From positions 54,852 through 74,851 of the forward strand of contig UYFQ01000177.1 of NCBI GenBank assembly GCA_900617105.1: a stretch of 20,000 nucleotides of DNA, in the 5' to 3' direction. The notes below the pieces were generated by a model. That model was not told the DNA's origin. It did no database searches and saw only the letters and a program-made list of their open reading frames with translations. Both the position numbers and the translations under genes were made by a program. Below, piece after piece: positions 11,460-19,361 of the stretch. Source of the stretch: Hydrurus foetidus (Eukaryota). The stretch's first letter is position 1; the number at the start of each line of letters is the position of its first letter.

Positions 11460-12667
11460 ATGCGCTCGGTCATCTGGTTCGTGTTGCTGTTCGGCGCTGC
11501 GGTGGTGGCCGCATCGACCTGGGCGCCAACGACGGGCTGGTCAGCGTCTGCAGGCACCTGGCGCTTCGATGTCGCTGAACCTCTTTCTGCTGGTGCTGGT
11601 GGGCAGCTGCTTCGCACTGGTATCGCTGATCCATGCGGCCAACCGGCTGATCGGGCTGCCCGAGCGGGCACGGCTGTGGCGCGGCGCGAACGCACCGCCC
11701 AGGCCGCCCTGCGCGAATCGCTGGCGCACTCGCCGGCCGATACAGCCGCGCAAATCCGCGGCACAGCATGCGCTGGCCATCAGGACGACACGCCTGAGCT
11801 CCGGCGCGATGCCGAGTTCGGCGTGCTGGGGCTGCTGGCCGCAGGCAGTGCGCACCGTCTGCACGACCGCCGACAGCGCGACGAGCATCTGGCGCGCGCA
11901 TTTCAGCTTGCGCAAGAGCAACAGCGCGGCACGATCGGCCGAAGAAGGCGCCCGGCTGATGGCCGCCGAATGGGCCATCGACGACCGCGACGCCCAGCGC
12001 AGCCTTCAGCTGCTGAACGACCTGCCACCCGGTGTGGTGCGGCGCACGCAGGCCTTGCGGTTGAAACTGCAGGCCACCCGACTCGGGCAGCAACCGCAAG
12101 AGGCCCTGAAACCGCGCGCTGCTGGTCAAGCACCAGGGCTTGTCGAGGCCGCCAGCCAGGACTGCTGCGCTCGCTGGCCTTTGAATGCCTGGACACCGCG
12201 CACGACATCGACCAACTGCGGCGCACCTGGCAATCGCTTGATGTGGTCGATCGGCGCGACAACTTCGTGGCGCATCGCGGCCTTGCGCCGCACAACTCGG
12301 CTCGCCCGATGACGCACGCAACTGGCTGCGCCGGGCTGGGAACGCATCGAGGACACCAGCGACGACGAGCGCGCCGCTTTCCTTCGCGCTGGCGTGTGCC
12401 ATTGCTGGCATCGGCGCCGAGCCGCGCCGAATCGGCCCAGCCTCGCGTTTCCGCGCGAGGGCCGCCGTGGCCCACGCGGTGGGCACTGCGCTGGCCGAGC
12501 GGCAGCTGTGGGGCAAGGCACGGCTGTTGCTCGAGGCCGCGGTTGCCGATGCCAACCTGCCGATCGCCGCGAAGCGCATGGCCTGGCTGACGCTGGCGCG
12601 GCTGGCTGAAAACGAAGGCCAGACCGAGCGCGCCGCCAACAGCTATCGAACCGCTGCAACACTCTGA
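11460..12667 (+). CDS. hemY: HemY-like TPR membrane protein (frameshifted)
   Basis: MRSVIWFVLLF, SLNLFLLVL, EGARLMAAEWA, RRTQALRLKLQATRL, ERQLWGKARLLLE; follows hemX. Confidence 0.85.
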
Positions 12668-12682
12668 AAAGCCCACCGCGGC

Positions 12683-12691
12683 TGCTATACT
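12683..12691 (+). promoter_or_regulatory. Extended -10 promoter for the tRNA gene
   Basis: TGC-TATACT (TGn plus -10 box) 10 bp before the tRNA 5' end. Confidence 0.6.
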
Positions 12692-12701
12692 CGTGGGCGT
12701 T

Positions 12702-12776
12702 GCGGCCAGCTCAGCTGGATAGAGTACTTGGCTACGAACCAAGGGGTCGTGGGTTCGATTCCTGCCAGCCGCACCA
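12702..12776 (+). tRNA. tRNA-Arg(ACG)
   Basis: D arm GCTCAGCTGGATAGAGT, anticodon arm CTTGG-CT-ACG-AA-CCAAG (ACG 12734-12736), T arm GGTTCGATTCC, 3' CCA. The 5' end looks about 2 nt short. Confidence 0.95.
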
Positions 12777-12794
12777 GAATTAACGTTCTAGAAC

Positions 12795-12835
12795 AACGGG
12801 TTAGATGCTTCGGCGTCTAGCCCGTTTTTCTTTCT
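12795..12835 (+). terminator. Rho-independent terminator after the tRNA
   Basis: AACGGGTTAGATGC-TTCG-GCGTCTAGCCCGTT, 14-bp stem with G-U pairs and a cUUCGg loop, followed by a T-rich tract. Confidence 0.85.
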
Positions 12836-12857
12836 GCGCGACTTTCTGCGCGACTTT
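12830..12857. repeat. 12-bp tandem direct repeat, candidate integrase arm-type sites
   Basis: CTTTCTGCGCGA at 12830-12841 and 12842-12853 plus partial CTTT, between the terminator and the integrase stop. Confidence 0.65.
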
Positions 12858-12865
12858 TCCTGACC

Positions 12866-13974
12866 TCATCCGTTGACCACCCGCAGCAGCGTGGTTCGGT
12901 CGCGCGTCTCGCGCACCTTGTTGGCCGCCCCACCAGACGCGCGATCGTGGCAGTGGCGTGTAGTGCTGCGGCATGCCGGTCAGGGCATGCCCCAGCAACA
13001 GGCGCGATCTTCTTCCGTCACGCCGGCTTCCCGCAGCCTTTGGCCGAAGGTGGCGCAGGTCGTGCACGCGGGCCCGTTCGAGTTGGCGGCCCGCCTGGCG
13101 TTCTGGAACGCGGTGTTGTTCATCGTGCGGACCGGCCGGTACGGCATCACCGTTCGTCCTCGATGTTCTTCACGCTCCCGACGCCAGACGAACACGAACT
13201 CGTCATGGCCCCGCGGCACTCTTCGACGATCTTGGTCGCCACGTCGTTCAGGATCAGCACGTGGGGTCGCTGGCCCTTGAACTCCGCAGCGGGATCACGA
13301 AGACGCTGCGCTCCAACTCGGCACCTTGCGCTCCAGGCCCTGCAGCCGGCACACGTTGTCGTCGCGTGCGCCGCAGTTGAGCGCGAAGCACCATGCGCTG
13401 CAAGGTGCGCCGGCAGGTCTTCATCAACTCCGCCTGCTCCGACCAGGTGATCGGGTAGGGCGGTCGCCTCTGCTGCCGCTCGTCGAGCATCTCGATCAAC
13501 GGCGATGACAAAACCATGGCTTGCCGTGGCTGCGCCAGACGCGGGTCGCACGGTTGAGCACCGTGCGCACGACCTCAAGGCTGCGATTGATCGTCGCGTT
13601 CTTAGCGCCTTCGGCCGCGCGCTCATCCTGAAGCCCTCCAGGGCGTCGTTGCGAACGTCCCGCAGAGGCAGGCTGCCGATATACGGCAGCAGGATGGTCA
13701 CGTGGTACGAGATGACGTCAAAGGTGCGGGACCCCTCGCTGCTTTACTCGATCAGGCACTTTGTGCAGCAGCTGCGAACAGCTGCTCAGCGCCTTCTCGA
13801 AGTTCGTGTTCGCGCCTGGCATCGACCTCGGCCTGCCGCGCCCTGAGCCAGACTTCGGCGCAGTCTTGGCTGACCTTGCCGAGCCTGGCGAAGACGCGTT
13901 CGCCCTTGTTATTGCTTGTTGACCGTCCGTTCGCCGGACCGATCGCAGAGGATGCCTGGTGTCCGAGTTCGCAT
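12866..13974 (-). CDS. Tyrosine recombinase / phage-type integrase (frameshifted)
   Basis: ATG 13974 with AAGGAG RBS. Motifs across frames: SPLIEMLDE, PYPITWSEQ, LNCGAR (Arg), EFKGQRPHVLILNDVA, NNTAFQNAR, HDLRH-TFGQRLREAGV, LLLGH, MPQHY (Tyr), RTTLLRVVNG-stop. Confidence 0.92.
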
Positions 13975-14196
13975 GGAACTGCTCCTTTCGTCGACTTGCG
14001 ACTCGGCGCCCTCGCTCACGAATATACGCGTCGGCCCAGGCGTCGAGTTCCTGGCGATCGAAGGCGATACGCACGACCGCCGAAGGGATTTCGGTGAGCG
14101 ACGGGCGAATCTCGGCGTCGAAGCGGTTTACGGTCGACGCCGAGGTAGGCTGGCGCGTCGCGGTGACGGATCAGCCTCGGCGCGATCGCCGGGCAC
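13971..14196 (-). CDS. Excisionase-like small DNA-binding protein (boundaries approximate, frameshifted)
   Basis: Rebuilt APRLIRHRDAPAYLGVDR-NRFDAEIRPSLTEIP...IAFDRQELDAWADAY, an Xis/AlpA-like winged-helix pattern directly upstream of the integrase. Confidence 0.7.
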
Positions 14197-14237
14197 CCTT
14201 CGGGGATGGAGGATCCTCGGGGCCCGCACCGCCGCGT

Positions 14238-15209
14238 TTACCACGGCGGCGTGGCTTCAGGGCCGATGTAAGACGAACCGGCTTGCTGCGCGAGTGCCCG
14301 AGCATGTGCGATACACGGTGCCGCGCGCTCTCGTCGGCGTCGGGGTCGGCGTGCCGCCACGACGGGCGACGGCACCAGACTCTGCCTCGTGAACGTCGTT
14401 GGCACGCTGATGGCGCAGACCGTGCGGCACGATGCCGCGCATCGACAACGATGCCGCAGCAGCATACGTAGTAGAACCGCGTTCGGTTCTGGTCGGCAGT
14501 GAAGCCTGGCCGGCCGACAAACGCGCCTGGGGCGACAGCAGCCATCACCCGGTCAAGCAACTCGCGTTGCGTCATCGACGATCGGCACGTCACGCGGCCG
14601 GCCGCCCTTGGTGCCGAAGCTGATGCGCAGGAAGGTCTCGCACTCCGGAAACGCGGCGGCGTCACGCGGGTTCGCCGCCTCGCGCGGCAAGATGGCCATG
14701 TGGCCGCAGGTGCCGCGCTTCCTTCAGGCCGCATCGCGAAGCGATAGCACAGCTCCAGTTGCAGTGCGCACCACTCGTCGACGAGGGCCACCTCGGCGAT
14801 CAACGCCTCGACATCGACGCCGTATGCCGTCCAGCTGTGGTCATGGGTGGCCACCTGCTTGCGGTGTGCGTGCGTCGATTCAGCGCCCACGTAGTGGATG
14901 GGCGCCTGGACCATCCCGGCTTGCCGATCCACTCGGCGAAGGTGCGCAGGAAGCTGAGGTAGTTGTGGATCGTCGCCGTCGACAGGCCCGTTCCAGCCAG
15001 CGGTCGACCATCGCCTGGATGTGTCGGTTCGCTCAGCTGGCGGGGGTCGGACTCGAATACCTCGTCTTGTGGCGCAGCTCTCGGAAGAACCCGAGTAGAA
15101 GCGACTGCGGTCTTGCATCGTCTTGATCGACACGCTCTTGTTCTTGGTGCTGTGCTGGTGGTTGTTCAGCGCCAGCAGCGCTGCTGCGCAGGAAGTCGTG
15201 CGTTCCCAT
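14238..15209 (-). CDS. Second tyrosine recombinase of the 'integrase domain-containing protein' type (resembles Phage_int_SAM_2 + Integrase_1), about 320 aa, frameshifted
   Basis: Rebuilt: KSVSIKTMQDR, IQAMVDRWLER..STATIHNYLSFLRTFAEWIGKPGMV (N-domain), RFAMRP (Arg), GTKGGRPRDVPI (Lys), GIVPHGLRHQRAND, VSHMLGHSR, SSYIG (Tyr), stop TAA at 14238. Confidence 0.85.
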
Positions 15210-16035
15210 CAGCAGGACTTGAGGACCGTTTCAGGCGGTGCGGACGGGTTGTAGGCCATAATGCACCGATAGGCCAAAGGCACTTTCAAAGCGCGCCGTG
15301 GGGCAGGACTGATTCCGTTCGAAGGCATGCAGTTCTCCAGTGGCACACGCCGCTTGAGCCAGGGCGACGACATCGACATCGGGACGCAGCGGGGGTCCGT
15401 CACGCGCCGGCGTCCCAGGGCGGCGTGACTGATGGAGGCCAAGGATCACGATGCGGGCAGCCGGCCTCAAAGCCGACGCACGCTTCCGGTGGCGGCGCAT
15501 GGGCCGCCCGGCGTTCGTAAAATACTTCCCGGGTCAGCGCGACGCGTTTCCGCATCGCGCAGCCGATCACACTCACCGGTGCGTGGCGTCCAGCGCCTCA
15601 AGGAGCACTGGCAGCCAGCAGGGGCAGTCCTGGGTTCTGGGTGTCATGGGTAGCCGCCTTTCGCCGCTGGAGTCCTCCCCTGCTACCAGGAGGTGCGGGG
15701 CCTCGTCTGAGACCGCGCGTTGCCCCCATGAGACGTTCAACAACGCATCTGCGAAGGCAATCGACGATGGCGCAGGTTCATCACTGCGTGGTCTTGGCCA
15801 GGCAGTTGGCGGCTGCTGCGCTCGGGGCGTGCAGCCACATGGCCGACGGTGAGTCGGCAAAACGGATCGAAGGAAAGGCATCACCGCGTCGTGCGCGGCA
15901 GGGCCGGATCCGATGGACGGATGGGCGCCTGCAGGTGGGTCACGACCGCTAACGGTTGCGTTCTGGCGACGGCCAACGGAAGCAACGTCCGGCCTCGTTG
16001 AGATCAGAAGATCATGCTGAGGCTCGCATGGCTCA
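15210..16035 (-). other. Apparently non-coding, hairpin-dense region upstream of the second recombinase (putative structured RNA or ssDNA element)
   Basis: No recognisable protein in any frame; more than 10 local stems of 5-10 bp; candidate leftward promoter at 16042-16070. Function is inference. Confidence 0.45.
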
Positions 16036-16041
16036 AACGCA

Positions 16042-16070
16042 ATTTGATTCCCGCATTCGGGCCGTGTCAA
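16042..16070 (-). promoter_or_regulatory. Candidate sigma70 promoter pointing toward the recombinase genes
   Basis: Minus-strand TTGACA (16070-16065), 17-bp spacer, TCAAAT (16047-16042; 4/6 match to TATAAT). Confidence 0.45.
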
Positions 16071-16412
16071 CACCTTCCGCGCCTTGACTTACAAACTGCT
16101 GGTACTAGCAGCGGAACACGTGGACCGAAGCCGCCGAATGAGCATGCTCCAGGGGTTGCAAGCCATTTTCATACCTCCAGTTTGGATGCGAACCCGCAGG
16201 CCATGGGCTCGGCTGTCGGCTGTCGGCGGGGGTCCCGATGGGGCGCCGCGGCGCTTCGTTGCACCTTCGGGCCGAGGTCGTAGACCTCGCTTTGGCCCCG
16301 AGGCCCTTGCGGGCACCGCGGACGGTGCGTGTCCGCTGCACAATCCGTCAGCCCGTCTGACAGTCGACGGCATCGATGGTGACCGCAACCAAGAAGACGA
16401 AGACAACTGCGC

Positions 16413-17966
16413 ATGCTCGACGACATCAAAAAAACACTATGGGCCACGGCCGACAAGCTGCGTGCCAACATGGACGCCGCCGAATACAAGCACCTGGTGC
16501 TCGGCCTCATCTTCGTCAAGTACATCTCTGACACCTTTGCCGCCCGCCGTGCTGAGCTGACCACGCGCCTCACCAACCCGGCAGACGACTATTTCTTTGC
16601 CAACGCCACCCCCGCTGATCTGGATCAGGAACTGGAAGACCGCGACTATTACAAAGAGGTCAACGCCTTCTGGGTGCCAGAACTTGCCCGCTGGGAAAGT
16701 CTGCGTGCTGCTGCCAAGCAACCGGACATTGGCAAGCGCATTGATGAGGCCCTGACACTGATCGAGACGGAGAACGCCAAGCTCAAAGGCATTCTGGACA
16801 AACGCTACGCCCGCGCACAGTTGCCCGATGGCAAGCTGGGTGAGCTGGTTGACTTGGTGTCCACCATAGGCTTTGGCGACAACCCCAGCACGGCCCGCGA
16901 CATTTTGGGCCAGGTGTACGAATACTTTCTGGGCATGTTCGCCAGCGCCGAAGGCAAGCGCGGCGGACAGTTCTACACCCCAGCCAGCATCGTCAAGACA
17001 CTGGTTGCCGTGCTCAGCCCCCACAGCGGCAAGGTCTATGACCCCTGCTGCGGCTCTGGCGGCATGTTCGTTCAATCCGAAAAGTTCATCGAAGCCCACG
17101 GCGGCAAGCTAGGTGACGTGTCCATCTACGGCCAGGAAGCCAACCCCACCACGTGGCGGCTGGCGGCCATGAACCTTGCCATTCGCGGCATCGACTTCAA
17201 CCTGGGCCGTGAACCGGGCGACACCTTCACCCGCAACCAACATGCCGACCTACGGGCCGACTTCATTCTGGCGAACCCGCCCTTCAATATCAGCGACTGG
17301 TGGCACGGCAGCTTGACGGGTGACCCGCGCTGGGTGCATGGCGACCCGCCGCCGGGAAATGCCAACTATGCGTGGCTGCAACACATGCTGCACCACCTCA
17401 AACCGACTGGCCGCGCGGGCATTGTGCTGGCGAATGGCTCCATGAGTTCCAGCCAAAACTCTGAGGGCACCATCCGCGCCGCCATGGTGGATGCCGATGT
17501 GGTCGAGGTCATGGTGGCGTTACCCGGCCAATTGTTCTTCAACACCCAGATTCCGGCGTGCCTGTGGTTCTTGGTCAAGACGAAGACGCACCGCAAGGGC
17601 GAAGTGCTGTTCATTGATGCCCGCAAACAAGCCACCATGATCAGCCGCGTGCAGTCTGAGCTGACCGATGCGGTGATCGAGCGCATCGCCTCCACCGTGG
17701 CAGCATGGCGTGGGGAGCCTGATGCGGGTGACTACGCCGACATCGCGGGCTTTTGCCGCAGCGTGCCGCTGGCCGAGATCGCCCAGCACGGCCACGTCCT
17801 CACCCCTGGACGCTACGTGGGCGCGGAAGAAGTCGAAGACAACGACGAAGACTTCGCCACCAAGATGCAGCAGCTCACCGAACGCTTAAGCGATCAAATG
17901 GCCAAGGGTGCGGAGCTGGACCAGTTGATACGCGCCAAGCTGGGAGGGTTGGGGTATGAGTTCTAA
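16413..17966 (+). CDS. hsdM: Type I R-M methyltransferase subunit (m6A)
   Basis: LWATADKLRANMDAAEYKHLVLGLIFVKYISD, GQFYTP, YDPCCGSGGMF (motif I), ANPPFN (motif IV); intact 517 aa. Confidence 0.97.
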   Translation: MLDDIKKTLWATADKLRANMDAAEYKHLVLGLIFVKYISDTFAARRAELTTRLTNPADDYFFANATPADLDQELEDRDYYKEVNAFWVPELARWESLRAAAKQPDIGKRIDEALTLIETENAKLKGILDKRYARAQLPDGKLGELVDLVSTIGFGDNPSTARDILGQVYEYFLGMFASAEGKRGGQFYTPASIVKTLVAVLSPHSGKVYDPCCGSGGMFVQSEKFIEAHGGKLGDVSIYGQEANPTTWRLAAMNLAIRGIDFNLGREPGDTFTRNQHADLRADFILANPPFNISDWWHGSLTGDPRWVHGDPPPGNANYAWLQHMLHHLKPTGRAGIVLANGSMSSSQNSEGTIRAAMVDADVVEVMVALPGQLFFNTQIPACLWFLVKTKTHRKGEVLFIDARKQATMISRVQSELTDAVIERIASTVAAWRGEPDAGDYADIAGFCRSVPLAEIAQHGHVLTPGRYVGAEEVEDNDEDFATKMQQLTERLSDQMAKGAELDQLIRAKLGGLGYEF

Positions 17967-19065
17967 AAAGAAAATTGTGCAAGCACCTCTTGCACTTTCC
18001 GGCACGCCGCAAAGCGCCAACCCGCAGCCTGCGGGGTATGCGGATTTTTTGGTGGAGATTAAGACCCAAATTCACCAGCGCCAGCTACAAGCATTTCGGG
18101 CCGTCAATAGCGAGATGCTGGCGCTTTACTGGTGGCTGGGTGAAAACATCAGCCAACGGCAAGCCACATTGGGCTGGGGCAAGGCCGTGGTGGAAAATTT
18201 GGCGCGGGATTTGCAGACGGAATTCCCGGGTCGCAACGGGTTTTCCGCGCAAAACTTGTGGCTGATGCGTCAGTTTTTCAATGAATACACGGTCAAAACA
18301 AAACTCCAACCGCTGGTTAGAGAAATCAGTTGGGCCAAGAATCTGCTCATCATGGCGCGCTGCAAAGACGACCTGGAACGCGAGTTTTACCTGCGCGCCA
18401 CCGCCCGCTTTGGCTGGACAAAAAACGTGTTGCAACACCAGCTGGACAACCACAGCTACCGCCAATACCTGCTGGGGCAAACCAACTTTGACGACGCCGT
18501 CCCAGACAGCATCAAGGCGCAAGCCCTGCTGGCCGTCAAAGACCATTATTCCTTTGACTTCTTGGGACTGGCCGAGCAGCACTCCGAGCGCGAACTGGAG
18601 CAATCCCTGGTCGCCAACTTGCGCGGTTTTCTGGCTGAAATGGGCGGTGCTTTCACCTTTGTGGGCAACCAGTTCAAGCTGGAAAGCGATGGCCGCGAGT
18701 ACTTTATCGACCTGCTGCTGTTTCACCGGCGGCTGCGCTGTCTGGTGGCAATTGAACTGAAGATTGGCGAGTTCAAACCCGAGCACAAGGGACAAATCGA
18801 GTTCTATCTGGATCAGTTGGACCAACATCACCGCATGGACGGTGAAAACCCACCCATTGGCATCGTCATTTGCCGCAGCAAAACGCGCACGATGGTGGAG
18901 TACGCCCTGCGCACCATGACCCGCCCGCTGGGCATTGCCACCTACACCGTCACCCCGCAACTGCCCGCCAGTTTTCAGGGCGAGTTGCCCAGCCCGGAAC
19001 AAATCGCCGAGCGCCTGAAGGGCTGGGCGTTGGAGTCGGATGGGGTTGAGGAGGAAGAGGCATGA
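17956..19065 (+). CDS. YhcG/DUF1016-family PD-(D/E)XK nuclease domain protein
   Basis: VNSEMLALYWWLG, WGKAVVENLARDL, GFSAQNLWLMRQF, KDHYSFDFL, FIDLLLFHRRLRCLVAIELKIGEFKPEHKGQ. Confidence 0.93.
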   Translation: MSSKKKIVQAPLALSGTPQSANPQPAGYADFLVEIKTQIHQRQLQAFRAVNSEMLALYWWLGENISQRQATLGWGKAVVENLARDLQTEFPGRNGFSAQNLWLMRQFFNEYTVKTKLQPLVREISWAKNLLIMARCKDDLEREFYLRATARFGWTKNVLQHQLDNHSYRQYLLGQTNFDDAVPDSIKAQALLAVKDHYSFDFLGLAEQHSERELEQSLVANLRGFLAEMGGAFTFVGNQFKLESDGREYFIDLLLFHRRLRCLVAIELKIGEFKPEHKGQIEFYLDQLDQHHRMDGENPPIGIVICRSKTRTMVEYALRTMTRPLGIATYTVTPQLPASFQGELPSPEQIAERLKGWALESDGVEEEEA

Positions 19066-19361
19066 CCGACAACCTGCACCAACTCGCCGGGCAAATGGTG
19101 GCCCTGTTCCGCCAAGCCGTGCCGCTGGCCAACGCCGAGGTGGATGCCATCATCCAAAGCGGCGAGCAGGACACGCAGCGCATCGAGCACCAGCTAGACC
19201 ACACGCTCGGCCTTTGCTGCGACCCGGACATGCTGGTGGTGTTCAAGCGGCTGTGCCGGTATTACTTCGACATCGACCCGGTGGCTGCGGCGGGGTACGT
19301 GCAGGCGTACCGGGTGATGTGGGATAGGCCGGATGAAGTGGTGTTGGGGGGTGGGGTATGA
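19062..19361 (+). CDS. Hypothetical protein, 99 aa
   Basis: ATGA overlaps with both neighbours and a purine-rich RBS (GAGGAAGAGG); helical-looking, with FKRLCRYYFDIDP..YVQAYRVMWD. Confidence 0.8.
   Translation: MTDNLHQLAGQMVALFRQAVPLANAEVDAIIQSGEQDTQRIEHQLDHTLGLCCDPDMLVVFKRLCRYYFDIDPVAAAGYVQAYRVMWDRPDEVVLGGGV

Noticed and set aside
2255..12667. argH-algZR-ppc-hemCDXY order as a novel cluster
   Set aside because: Familiar proteobacterial synteny (argH-algZ-algR-hemC-hemD in Pseudomonas; ppc divergent from hemC in Burkholderiales).
12702..12710. Defective tRNA acceptor stem (GCGGCCAGC instead of the expected GCGGCTGTAGC) as integration damage
   Set aside because: Integration normally restores the gene and affects the 3' half; the 2-nt loss lies in the error-rich block.
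14171..14575. Separate small gene starting MTQRELLDRVM
   Set aside because: It continues GTKGGRPRDVPI upstream and leads to HGLRH/LGHSR/Y, so it is part of the second recombinase.
3350..15209. Mass pseudogenisation or programmed frameshifting of argH, ppc, hemCDXY and the integrases
   Set aside because: Indels hit housekeeping and mobile genes alike while catalytic motifs stay intact. This fits long-read error, not decay or recoding.
16084..16112. Plus-strand TTGACT promoter for hsdM
   Set aside because: No acceptable -10 hexamer at 16-18 bp spacing.
16205..16232. Short CGGCTGT tandem repeat
   Set aside because: Only about two units in GC-rich sequence; not CRISPR- or iteron-like.
15209..16406. 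ORFs 15573-16073, 15451-15852, 15231-15500, 15209-15442 and 16089-16406 as genes
   Set aside because: Arg/Pro/Ala-rich shadow-like translations with no recognisable motifs or clear RBS. A frameshifted gene cannot be fully excluded.
18085..19002. 305-aa antisense ORF, and similar long antisense ORFs over ltaE, hsdM and the hem genes
   Set aside because: Shadows of real genes caused by GC-rich codon bias.
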